Below are positions 23,098 to 33,394 of a stretch of DNA of 64,000 nucleotides, piece by piece. The stretch is from Cenococcum geophilum (taxonomy: Eukaryota), in the NCBI GenBank assembly GCA_050273025.1, contig CP158635.1:21948001-22012000 (forward strand). Direction: 5' to 3'. The position numbers were made by a program, and so were the translations under genes. The notes under the pieces are model-generated. The model did no database searches, had not been told where the DNA came from, and saw only the letters and a program-made list of their open reading frames with translations. Positions within the stretch are counted from its first letter, which is position 1. Every line of letters starts with the position of its first letter.

Positions 23098-26000
23098 CTA
23101 GGAGTCTGGAGTAAGAGTAAGCAGCCGCACTACGGTGTTATGCCCTCCCAAGGCCGCTAGGTGTAGCGCTGTATACTCATACTGATTCCTCGCCTTGACA
23201 TCGGCCATGATCTCAACCAGCAGACGTACTACGGCCTCGTGCCCTCCCCAGGCTGCCAGGTGCAGTGCTGTCCGTCCATCCTGATCTCTTGCCTCGACGT
23301 CAGCTCCACTCTCGACGAGCAGCCGCACGACAGACTCGTGCCCTCCCCCCGCCGCCCGGTGCAGTGCAGTCCATCCATCCTGATCTTTCGCCTCGATGTT
23401 GGCCCTGCTCTCAATGAGCAGACGAACTGTGGCCTCATGCCCTCCCCCGGCCGCCCAGTGCAGCGCCGTCCGTCCCTCCTGATCTCTCACCTTGACGTCA
23501 GCCCCGGCCTCGACAAGCAGATGTACCGTAGCCTTGTGCCCTCCCCAGGCCGCTAGGTGCAGCGCTGTCCGTCCATCCTGATCCTTCACCTCGGCATTAG
23601 CCCCGCTCTCGATGAATAGATGCACCACGGGCTCGCGCCCTCTCCCGGCCGCCCAGTGCAGCGCCGTCCGTCCGTTCTGATCCTTCGTCTCGATGTCAGC
23701 CATATTCTCAATAGGCAGCCGCACCACGGCCCCGCTCTCAACGAGCAGCCGCACCACTTCGTCATGCCCTCCCCAGACCACCAGGTGCAGCGCTGTATGT
23801 TCATACTGATCCTTTGCCTCGACGTTGGCTCCACTTTCGATGAGCAGACGCACCACGACCTCGTGCCCTCCCCAGGCTGCCAGGTGCAGTGCTGTCCGCC
23901 CATTCTGATCCTTTGCCTCGACGACGACTCCGCTCTCGACGAGCAGCTGCACAACAGACTCGTGCCCTCCCCCGGCCGCCCGGTGCAGTGCAGTCCATCC
24001 ATCCTGATCTTTCGCCTCGATGTTGGCCTTGCTCTCGACAAGCAGACGCGCCACGGCCTCATGCCCTCCCCAGGCTGCCCGGTGAAGCGCTGCCCGTCCC
24101 TCCTGATCCCTCACCTCGACGTTGGCTCCGCTCTCGACGAGCAGCCGCACGACAGGCTTGTACCCTCCCCAGGCCGACAGGTGCAATGCAGTCCGTCCCT
24201 CCTGATCCTTCGCCTCGATGTCGGCTCCGCTCTCGACGAGCAGCCGAACGGCGACTACGCTCTCAACGAGTAGCTGCACGACAGACTCGGGTCCTCCCCC
24301 GGCCGCCCGATGTAGCGCTGTCCGTCCATCCTGATCCTCCTCGTCAACACTGGCCCCGGTCTCGATGAACAGATGCACCATGGACTCGCCCCCTTCCCCG
24401 GCCGCCCGGTGCAGCGCTGTACGCCCATCCTGATCCTTCGCCTCGATGTCGGCCCCGGTCTCAATGTACAGCCGCGCCACGGCCCCGCTCTCGACAAGCA
24501 GACGCACCATGGCCCTGCGCCCTCCCAAGGCCGCTAAGTGTAGTGTTGTCCGTCCGTACTGATCCTTTGCTTCGACGTCGGCTCCGCTCTCGATGAGCAG
24601 ATGCACCACGGCCTCGTGCCCTCCCCAGGCCGCCAGGTGCAACGCCGTCCGTCCGTCCCGATCCTTTGCTTTGATATCGGCCCCGTCCTCGATGAGCAGA
24701 CACACTACGGCCTCATGCCCTCCCCCGGCCGCCCGGTGCAGTGCAGTCCATCCGTCCTGGTCTTTCGTCTTGACGTCGGCCCTGCTCTTAATGAGCAGAC
24801 GAACTATAGCCTCATGCCCTCCCCCGGCCGCCCAGTGCAGCGCCGTCCGTCCCTCCTGATCCTTCGCCTCGACATCGGCCCTGGTCTTAACGAGATTCAC
24901 GATGGCTTCACGCCCTTCCCAGGCCGCCAGGTGCAGTGCAGTCCGTCCATTCTGATCCTTCGCCTCGACGTCGGCCTTGCTCTCAATGAGCAGACGCACC
25001 ACAGCCTCGTACCCTCCCAAGGCTGCCAGATGCAGTGCTGTCCGTTCATCCTGATCCTTCGCCTCGATGTCGGCCCCGCTCTCGACGAGTAGACGTACAT
25101 CACTCTTGATAAGCAGGCATACCACGGCCTTGTGCCCTCCTAAGGCCGCTAGGTGCAGTGCTGTCCGTCCATCCTGATCCTTCGCCTCGATATTGGCACT
25201 GTTCTCAACGAGTAGACGCACCACGGCCTCATGCCCTCCCCCGGCTGCTAGATGCAGTGCAGTCCGTCCATCATGATCTTTCGCCTCGATATCGGCCCTG
25301 GTCTTAACAAGCAGACTCACCACGACCTCATGCCCTCCCCCGGCTGCCCGATGTAGCGCTCTACGTCTATCGTGATCCTCCTCCTCAACATCGGCCCCGC
25401 TCTCGATGAGCAGATGCACCACGGCCTCGTGCCCTCCCCAGGCTGCTAAGTGCAACGCCGTCCGTCCATCCTGATCCTTCGCCTTGACGTTGGCCCCGCT
25501 CTTGACGAGCAGTCGCGCTACTTCGCAGTGCCCATTCTCACTAGCAATGCTTAAACCTAAGTTTCCTTGTCCATTCAATTTCGTCAAGTTAGCGATTATT
25601 GTCGCTGGTGAATCGCCTATGACCTCAGAGAATCCCCATACACAGGCCGCAAAGAAAGGATTTGGTGATGAAGAAATGGTGTCCCGTAGTCTCTTCTCTG
25701 TCGGCAGCGGCTCCCACAGGAGGTAGGATTCTATTGCTTGAGGCAAGATCCCAACCCAATCTATGAAAGGAAATTTTGCTTTCCCTGGAGCCCAAAATTT
25801 GGCAAAAAGTCGTCCTAGACGACCTGATCCTCTATTTACAGACGCCATCTCGCAATGCATGGCCCAGTGCAAGACAGAGTACCCGGGAAGACCGGCCTTG
25901 AACTCTCTGATGTCGCTAATGTGGATTTGGGGATTGTTCAGACATTCTAGGCAAGTCACTGCCACCTGTGTATGTGCCAGCTCTGAGGAATACTCCTTGA

Positions 26001-28733
26001 TCTCGTCGGTTTTCCGCTTCTCCAGATACTCTCGAACCGAGAGGTGAGCAAACTGAGCGATACCCGATGTGTCTACGATGATGAAGTTGCTGCAAATCAT
26101 CAGGATACTCTGTTCGTTGACTTCGTTATTTGGGATTCCGTCATCATCAATAGATGCTGCCTTTGCAAGCTCAATGATCTGCAAAGGCCGCTGGGCACAC
26201 ATCATCCATTTGAAAGCTCTGGTTGCAACAGCTCGAGCATCTGATTTCGGTTTTGTGTTCATGTCGTATATCTCAGCGTATACCTTGTCCAAGTCTGGAT
26301 CTCCGGTCTCTTTCTCCAGCCTATCAAGCTTCTTCGTCACTTCTATCGAAAGTTCCATTTTGGAATTTGGACCGAGAAAAGCTGCTAGCTGAAGCTCCAC
26401 CCACCTGAACCTAGAGAAATGCGATAATATTAGCGACTCTGCTGTTGGGTAGCGATCACATCGTCAACTCACATTCCCTGAGCACGAAGAGTCAATATTT
26501 CGATAAGCCTATCTTCTAGATATGGCCGCGTTCCTTTAAGAAGACGAGTTCCCAAATTCAGCGTTTCTATGTCCTTGACCTGAGTGCGGACGTACGTCTT
26601 CATGTCAGGCGCCGTCAAGTTTCTCTGGGAATCGAGGTCGAGTTTCTCACAGTCATTAGAGACCTCTACATTCGGTCGGCTCGAAAAGAAGAATTTAAGG
26701 GCCCCATGTGCATCATCTGAAAGCTTCTTTATATGAAGGAGAAGTTTTGTGGGATCCTCGCATTCGTCAAGGGCATCGACAATAACCGTAGTTCGGTAAG
26801 GTGTAACGAGGCCTACGAGTAGCTTCGAACAATCGTCTAAGAATAGCTCACTTTTCTTCCACCTGTTGTTGTATTCGCTTTTGACCGTTTCCGCAACGGA
26901 CGAACCATCTGGAGACCAAGCGAGTTGGGCCACAAGGCTGCGAAAGACGTCTAGTGGAAGAGTTCGCCGGCCTTCCTTTCGGGAACAGTAGAAAAACGCA
27001 AGACGATCTGTTTCACTTGCCTGAATCTCTTTCAAATGCCACTCAATGACGTGGGACCTGCGATATATTGTTAATTCTAGCTGTCAATGCAATTGACTTC
27101 GTAATAGGGTCTTACACTAACGAGCTCTTGCCAGTGCCAACTGCAGTTTCCCATCAATTGTCAGAGTCAAAGTTTTATTGGAAAAAGAGTACTAGCCACA
27201 AACCTGAGCCGCACAGCCAAAAATTCGGCTTGTCTGTAGATGCAATCCATTCATCATACCATGATCGGAGCCACTGGCCGGAATTTTGATATTGAGATCC
27301 GAGCTTTTCCCTGACCCGGTTATGATCAGCTTCGACGTCAACATTTGACACCCATGAGATGATATTCCTGCTTTGATCAGATTGGAGCTTGAATTCTTGA
27401 AGTAGGTCATTTGTTGCGCGAAGCTGTTGCTCCACCAAATCCTTAATTGTCTCCATGCCTGTTCGCTGCTCTTGCGAACGAAATTCATTGGCGAATTTCC
27501 GGAAAGTTTTATCAGACGTCCTAATCGCCTGAAGCTGGCTGTCCCAATCATCGATCCTCGGAATGTTTCTAGCTATTCTTTCGATTGTGTTGAGATCGAA
27601 GTAGCGAGCGGCTATGGCCAGGAAGAGCAAGATTTCAAAATAGAGATGTTCCAGCTTCTCTATGAAATTCCTCATAAATATACCCCCGTCCTGTTTCAAG
27701 TATACGTTTTCGATCTTGGTGTAGAGACCGATAAGGTCCGTGATCTCCTCTAAACCCTTTAAAGCTTTTTCGTGCTCTTGAGAGTCGTTCGTTATAAGCT
27801 GCAAAGTTCATCAGTCTACTAACCGCTAGCAAAGAAGTCGAAGGTCGCCCACTGGCAGCAGTACGCAGATCCCGGCAAATGGTAGCCCCGCGTGAATAGG
27901 GTCGGTACTCGCTGCTACTGACCCGACCTCCTTGAACTTTAGAACGACCCTAACGATCTTGTCTACCACGCTTCGGACGGCCATTGGTTTATCCTTCCAT
28001 GGGATCTGGACTGTCCATTTCTTGTTGGTCATAATACGCAGCTCTTTAGTAATGACAGCTGACATTTTCTCCTTCTGAGAAAGACCCTCCGGAATACCCG
28101 CAGATTTGGCTAATATACCATCGTACGTTTTCATCAACTCCTTCTCTTTGTTTCTCAGCCTGAAAAATGCCTTATCCCAGAGGTACTTGTGGTATTCGGC
28201 ATCTGACTGTGTCAGAGGAGGCACATGGACGCGCTCAAGTGTAGATGTTGGATTTGGGTTCGAAGGGATCGGTTCATTGGTGGTCTTTGGAGCACGCCCT
28301 GCGGTGGTAGACATGTCTGGGAAACTACGTTTCGTCTTATGGACAATCGACTTGTCAGGGTATTATCCACCTCCAAGTATGAGACACCAAGGTCACTTAC
28401 CGTCGAAGGAGCTTCAGTCCCAATATCTTTCGCATGCCTATCACTGGCTGCTAAATCATTTCGAAAGCGCTCTGGTCTCAGATCTACAGAGTCTTCATTG
28501 GGTCCAGGCTGTAGATTCACTTTATCAGCTCAAAAGCCATCAAGGCGGGCCGGCCCTGCTGATATCGAGTCAACCAAATGAGGCAAATCCCTTACAACTG
28601 ATAATCCCAAGGCCGGATCCTCCTTCTGAGACTTCTTCCTCGAGCCCCCAATCAGCCAACCAAAACCCAACCTGGGTTTAGCCTGGCCATTCGTTCGCCT
28701 CGCAGCAGACTTTTCGCGGGAAAACAAACCCAT
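23098..28733 (-). CDS. Fungal NLR-like STAND protein: low-complexity N-terminus, NWD NACHT-N (Goodbye-like) domain, NACHT NTPase, ~24 ankyrin repeats; 7 exons, ~1748 aa
   Basis: Exons 28733-28596, 28508-28401, 28335-27853, 27798-27204, 27140-27116, 27057-26473 and 26410-23098 join in frame across six GT-AG introns of 54-87 nt (5247 nt total). Motifs: LWDKAF, DPIHAGLPFAGICVLLPL, SGQWL, Walker A WLCGSVGTGKS, FFYC, Walker B VIVDALDEC, FFSSRP, QGMFRWV, FAHLSVREYL, then TALHxAAxGGHxAVVRLL repeats. The first two exons are least certain. Confidence 0.92.
23115..25575 (-). repeat. Ankyrin tandem array, 99 bp / 33 aa unit, ~24 copies with high internal nucleotide similarity
   Basis: Repeating (plus strand) ...gtgcagcgc.gtccgtccatcctgatccttcgcctcgat... 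and 33 aa periodicity in the translation. Confidence 0.96.
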
Positions 28734-29130
28734 GGGGTTTTGCTTCTTTTATAATCCACACCGTGTGTATGGTGGTATGAAGCAATTCTCCTTTCAAGAA
28801 GGCGGCCAAAAGTCTGGACTTGAATGGTTTGTTTTAGGGAATGAGATGATATTTCGTTCGTCTTCTAACTTACGCTGATTGACAGTTGGGGTGTTGGTGG
28901 ATCTAGGCATGCGCCACGACGTGTGATGATTGACAGTGCGACGTAGATTGGACCATATGCGGGGTGCAGCTGAGGGTCGGCGAAAGCTGAGCGTGGTCAC
29001 CAATGGAACGCCGGAGAAAGGTCGGCGGTACCACACTTTTAGCCATACAGAACGCGCATTAGTAGCCACATTTAACTTAAGCGACTACGCAAACCAAAAT
29101 ATCTGGAGCATATGCTATACATATATACGC

Positions 29131-29214
29131 GGATATATAGATATATAGATATATAGATATTCGGACATATAGATAGATAGATAGATATATATATATACGT
29201 ATATTTATATATAC
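29131..29214. repeat. Compound (GATATATA)n/(GATA)n/(TA)n microsatellite at the edge of the gene island
   Basis: Directly visible; marks the shift from balanced GC to RIPed AT-rich DNA. Confidence 0.85.
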
Positions 29215-30081
29215 CTCGCTATACTTATAATAAGTAAAAACTATACTAAAGTAAATAAAAGTATAGTAGGGTAGCTAAATAGACTACTAGTTAGTATATA
29301 TAACTATATACGCAGCTATTCTAAAGCGTACTTAATATTAAATATAGAGATAATAGTTTTTAAGATAATATAATTAATAGAAAGAGTATTAAAGAAAAGG
29401 AGGATAAGGAGGGTAAGGGCTAAAATAGTATAGAATAGCGCCCTTTATTTTATATAGGTCTCTTTAAGATAAGATTATATATAACTTTATATATAAACTA
29501 TATATATACTTAAAATAGCTAGAGTATACTCTAAGACTATAGAGTACTTATTAGCTCTAATAGTAAGCATTAAGTTATTATTTAAGAGGTAATATTAAAA
29601 CGATAAATAAGTTATATCTAAGGGGCCTTAATTATAATATTAAAAGACTTTAAAGGATAATTAGAGGACTAGAAAAGCGAATAATAAATCTTAATACCTA
29701 CTAATAATAGGCTAGAAGCTAAATCGGTTAAATAGAGGTTTAAATTTAAGAGTAAAAATAAGCTAAAAGTTAACCTAAGACACCTAGTACATTATATGTT
29801 ATTATAGATTGTATATATAGATAACTAGTATAGTATATACCTAGCGCTAAAGGTAAAAAAAAAAAGAAATACCCTAAAAGGATATATTATGCGCTAAATA
29901 AGTAATAGTATAAAACTATTAAGTATATATACAGCTAGTATCTAGTAGAAGTTTAGGGGTTAGAAAACTTAATACTTGTAAGAGTACATATATTAGTTCC
30001 CGCCGCGCTTGCGAACAAGTTCGCAAGCACTCCGTGTCTTTTTGGCCGAATGGCGACGTTGGGGCGGGAAACGTTACAATT

Positions 30082-30095
30082 GTGCTTGCGAACTT
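30082..30095 (+). promoter_or_regulatory. Self-priming-type primer binding site of the TRIM
   Basis: gtgcttgcgaactt lies 3 nt after the 5' LTR and is the exact reverse complement of LTR bases 30017-30030. Confidence 0.75.
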
Positions 30096-33000
30096 ACTGG
30101 GGCCAGGTGTATGGGTCCGTTGCTGGGTGGGTCGTGGCTTCGACTCCTGACGGTCACGCACTTCGCTCTAGTACAGTCAAACACGTCTACAGGGGTTAGG
30201 CGAAGAGGCGTCGGCTTGTGTCCGATTAGGATTGGTGTAAGCTTTGCAGTGCGAAGAATTGAATGAACGACTTGATTGTGAATGTAGCTCTAAAGTATCT
30301 ATATATACACGAACAAAGGTAGGTCACTAGTACCCCTTAATCTTATCCTCAATATACCCGTAATTGACATTTTAGGCTAATTAAAGCCGGCTGTAACCAT
30401 TGCGGTCCACAGTACGTGATATAGCAGTGTTTGTGACGTAGTACTAGTAGTCGGTTACACACCCCCCCAGATTTAACGGTGTAGTTAAAGCTGTAGAAAA
30501 CAAAAATAAATGTAGAGATTATACCAAAATAGGAAATTTAGATACAATTTGGGAGTAGTAAAAGGATGTGGTGACCGTGACGGATATTGTGAATAGAATT
30601 AATTGATCTGATGTCGAATATCTACCAAATTCAATTGCTTTATCCAAGCCTCATGCTTTTAACGGGGTAGGACCTTAGTAAGGCCGTTGGCAGGCATCTT
30701 ATCTGTTAGGACCCACCGGACGTTAATCTTTTTGTCTTGGACTTCCTGTCTAAGCTAGTGCTGATGTACGTTAATATGTCAAAGCTTGGTGTCCAGTTTT
30801 AGTGTATCTTGTCTTAGCAGGCGGATAGTTTATATATTGTCGCATAGTAGGGTAAATTCGCGCTCTATATTAAAGCTGATTGCCTTAAAGAATTGTTGCC
30901 ACTAGATGATCTTAATAGTAGTAGTAGACAGGGAGAGAAGCTCTACTTTAATAGTTAAGCGAGTTACTAATCGTTGTAGGGTTACTTTCTAATTAATTAG
31001 TCCTTTGAATAGAATAAAGAGGTATCCTTAAGAGCTTTGTCTAGTCTCCTTATAGTCCACAAATACTATATTAGATACTCCGTAAAAGGTAACGTCTTTT
31101 CCTTTAGGGTTTCTAAAGTAGATATAGGCTCCAAATACTTCGCTAGAGTATTTAATAGCTATAGATTTTGTTCTAAGACAGTAGGTAATAGCTTAGTTTG
31201 CCGCGTTAAGGTATCTTTAATTTAGATTAGTAAGAAATTCGGCTAGCTTAGAATACGTCTTAGTAATATTAGGTCTTCTAAATACGGCGAGGTGTATAAG
31301 AGACCCTACTCGTTGCTAGTAGGCTAGAGTCCTTTAAGGGTTCGTTTGCTAGTCGGACGGAATCAGTTCTTTAGCAGGAAGTGGTGACTTAGGAAATCTG
31401 CCTAGTTAAATATTGAATTAATTGGCTATCTTTTCTGTTAAATTGAGGTTATGTAGCTAAAAACTCTGTATATTGCTTATTTTCTATATAGGTGGTTGAA
31501 GAGATTTTAAGGAACTTTAACCGCCGGTTAAAGTTATCTAATTGGTTAGATTCCTGCCAAGAGCTTTCTCCCATAAGTCTTATTACGTGATATCGTTGCG
31601 GGCTTGTTTTCCAACACCCTCCCTTAAGCTTAGTTAACGATATCGCTATATACACTGTATATAGGGGTATAAGATTGCTTAATAAGGGTTGCTAAAGCTC
31701 CTTTAAGGTAGAAAAGGTGTCTAATAAGGAGTTACGCCCTCCCTAGCGTCTGGAGACAGCGCCTACTCTATGGGGCGTCTCTTGGGGTTTTAGTAGCACC
31801 TCCCTATAAGTGTTCTATATTGCCCATAGAGCTCTAAAGGCCCTATAGCCTTACCCTATATCTCTCCTAAAGTATATCCATTCTTCCTATTAGTATAAGC
31901 CCTCCCTAATGTTATGGCCATTAGATTCGGGTGGTAGGTTTAGGTAGTAGGTTTGGGTGGTAAGTTTAGGTAGTAGGTTAAGTTCTGTCGCTTATATTAA
32001 GGCCTTAAGGCGTTATTTAGCGCACTTTCTAAGAATCTACTGGTTGTATACTGATTTCCTATTAAGGTCTAGTGTAGTTAATTAAGTTTCTGTACTATCC
32101 GAAGGTATTTAAGGAAGGTGTAGAATTAAGGACCTGTAAGAGGCTTAGTAAGGCCGTCAGCCGCCATATTAATTAAAGTGACGTATATAAGGTCAATCCT
32201 ACTACTATTTATCTTATCTCTTATGTAGTGAAACTAGATATTAATATGCTTCGTTTAATTATATTAAACTAGATTTTTAGCCAACGCTTTTACAGCTTAG
32301 TTATTGGTTTTAATTAGGATCCTAATAAACTATTTGCTATCGTTTAGTACGCCTAGTTTAGTAAGTAAAAGTTAAAGCCACGTAGCCTCTTTTACTACAG
32401 CCGTTAGAGCTATATACTCTAATTAGCATATTAATAGCGAAACGGTGGCTTATAGCTTTAATTTCTATAAAATTAGTCCTTTGTTTAATATAAATATAAA
32501 GCCTAATATAGAGCGTCTTGTGGTTTTATCTTGTCCCTAATCGGCATTACTAAAGCTAATTAGTGTAAGGTCTAGGTTCTTATTACCTCTATAAGTAATT
32601 CCTCTATTAAGCGAGCCGGCTAGGTATTAAAGGATAAGCCTTACGGCCGTTATATAGGTAGAGGTAGGATTATAAGTAAAACGGCTTACCGTTAATACCG
32701 CAAAGGCGATATCTAGCCTTGTTTCTATTATAGGAAACATAACTAAACTAACTATACTCTGGTATCTTCTAACGTTATCCTTACTAGTAGTTTCTTAATT
32801 GGCTATAAGCTTAATTAAGTGCTTTATAGGTACTGGTAAGGTATTAGCTTTTCGCAATCTAAAGCGTTTAAAAGCTTTAATAAGGTAGGCTCGCTATAAA
32901 AATATAATCTTCTTCTTCGTTTAATCTCTTATAACTATTATACCTAAGTAAAAGCTTATTAGCCTAAGATCTATTATTTAGAAGGCTGCTTTAAGCTCTA

Positions 33001-33394
33001 CTTTTGCCCAATTAACTACCGCTATGTCTTTATAGATAATTTTAGTATCGTTAACGTAGGTAGAAATAATTAAACCTTTTTATCCTTTACTAGTGGCGAA
33101 TATACTATAATCCGCGTATAGATAGCAAAGTCTAAGCTTTTCTAGTAGAGACTTTAAAAGCGTCTCGTACCAGATTTAAAGTGACTATTTTAGTCCATAG
33201 AGGGCCTTCTTAAGGTGGTAGACTTTGCCAGCTTCTTTATAGCCTTTTAGTATAACAACATAGAGTTCTTAGTTAATCGGTCTATAGAGAAAGGCGGTTT
33301 TAACGTCTATCTGTTTAATTTTAAGATTATAGTAGGTAGTAATCGCGAATAGAGCTCTAAAAGCCATAGGTTTTACTACCGTAGTAAAGGTCTA

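Noticed and set aside
23229..25103. Many overlapping alternative-frame and antisense ORFs of 65-217 aa in the ankyrin region
   Set aside because: Expected shadows of a GC-rich 99 bp coding repeat; no independent gene signals.
23115..25575. Regular repeats that could suggest a CRISPR array or a TALE-like gene
   Set aside because: No unique spacers; the units translate to canonical 33 aa ankyrin repeats inside a spliced eukaryotic gene.
26469..28733. Five separate minus-strand ORFs in the track
   Set aside because: They are exons of the single NLR-like gene and join in frame at GT-AG introns.
28596..28733. Possible amyloid signalling motif or myristoylation site at the NLR N-terminus (MGLFSR...)
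   Set aside because: No N/Q/G-rich pseudo-repeat and no adjacent effector gene; Ser is at position 5 rather than the usual 6.
28794..29148. ORFs of 91 and 72 aa upstream of the NLR as a candidate partner gene
   Set aside because: Short, no recognisable motif; most likely promoter or 5' UTR sequence.
22161..29214. NLR as cargo of a Starship element
   Set aside because: No captain-type recombinase or boundary seen; the only tyrosine recombinase belongs to the Ngaro retroelement.
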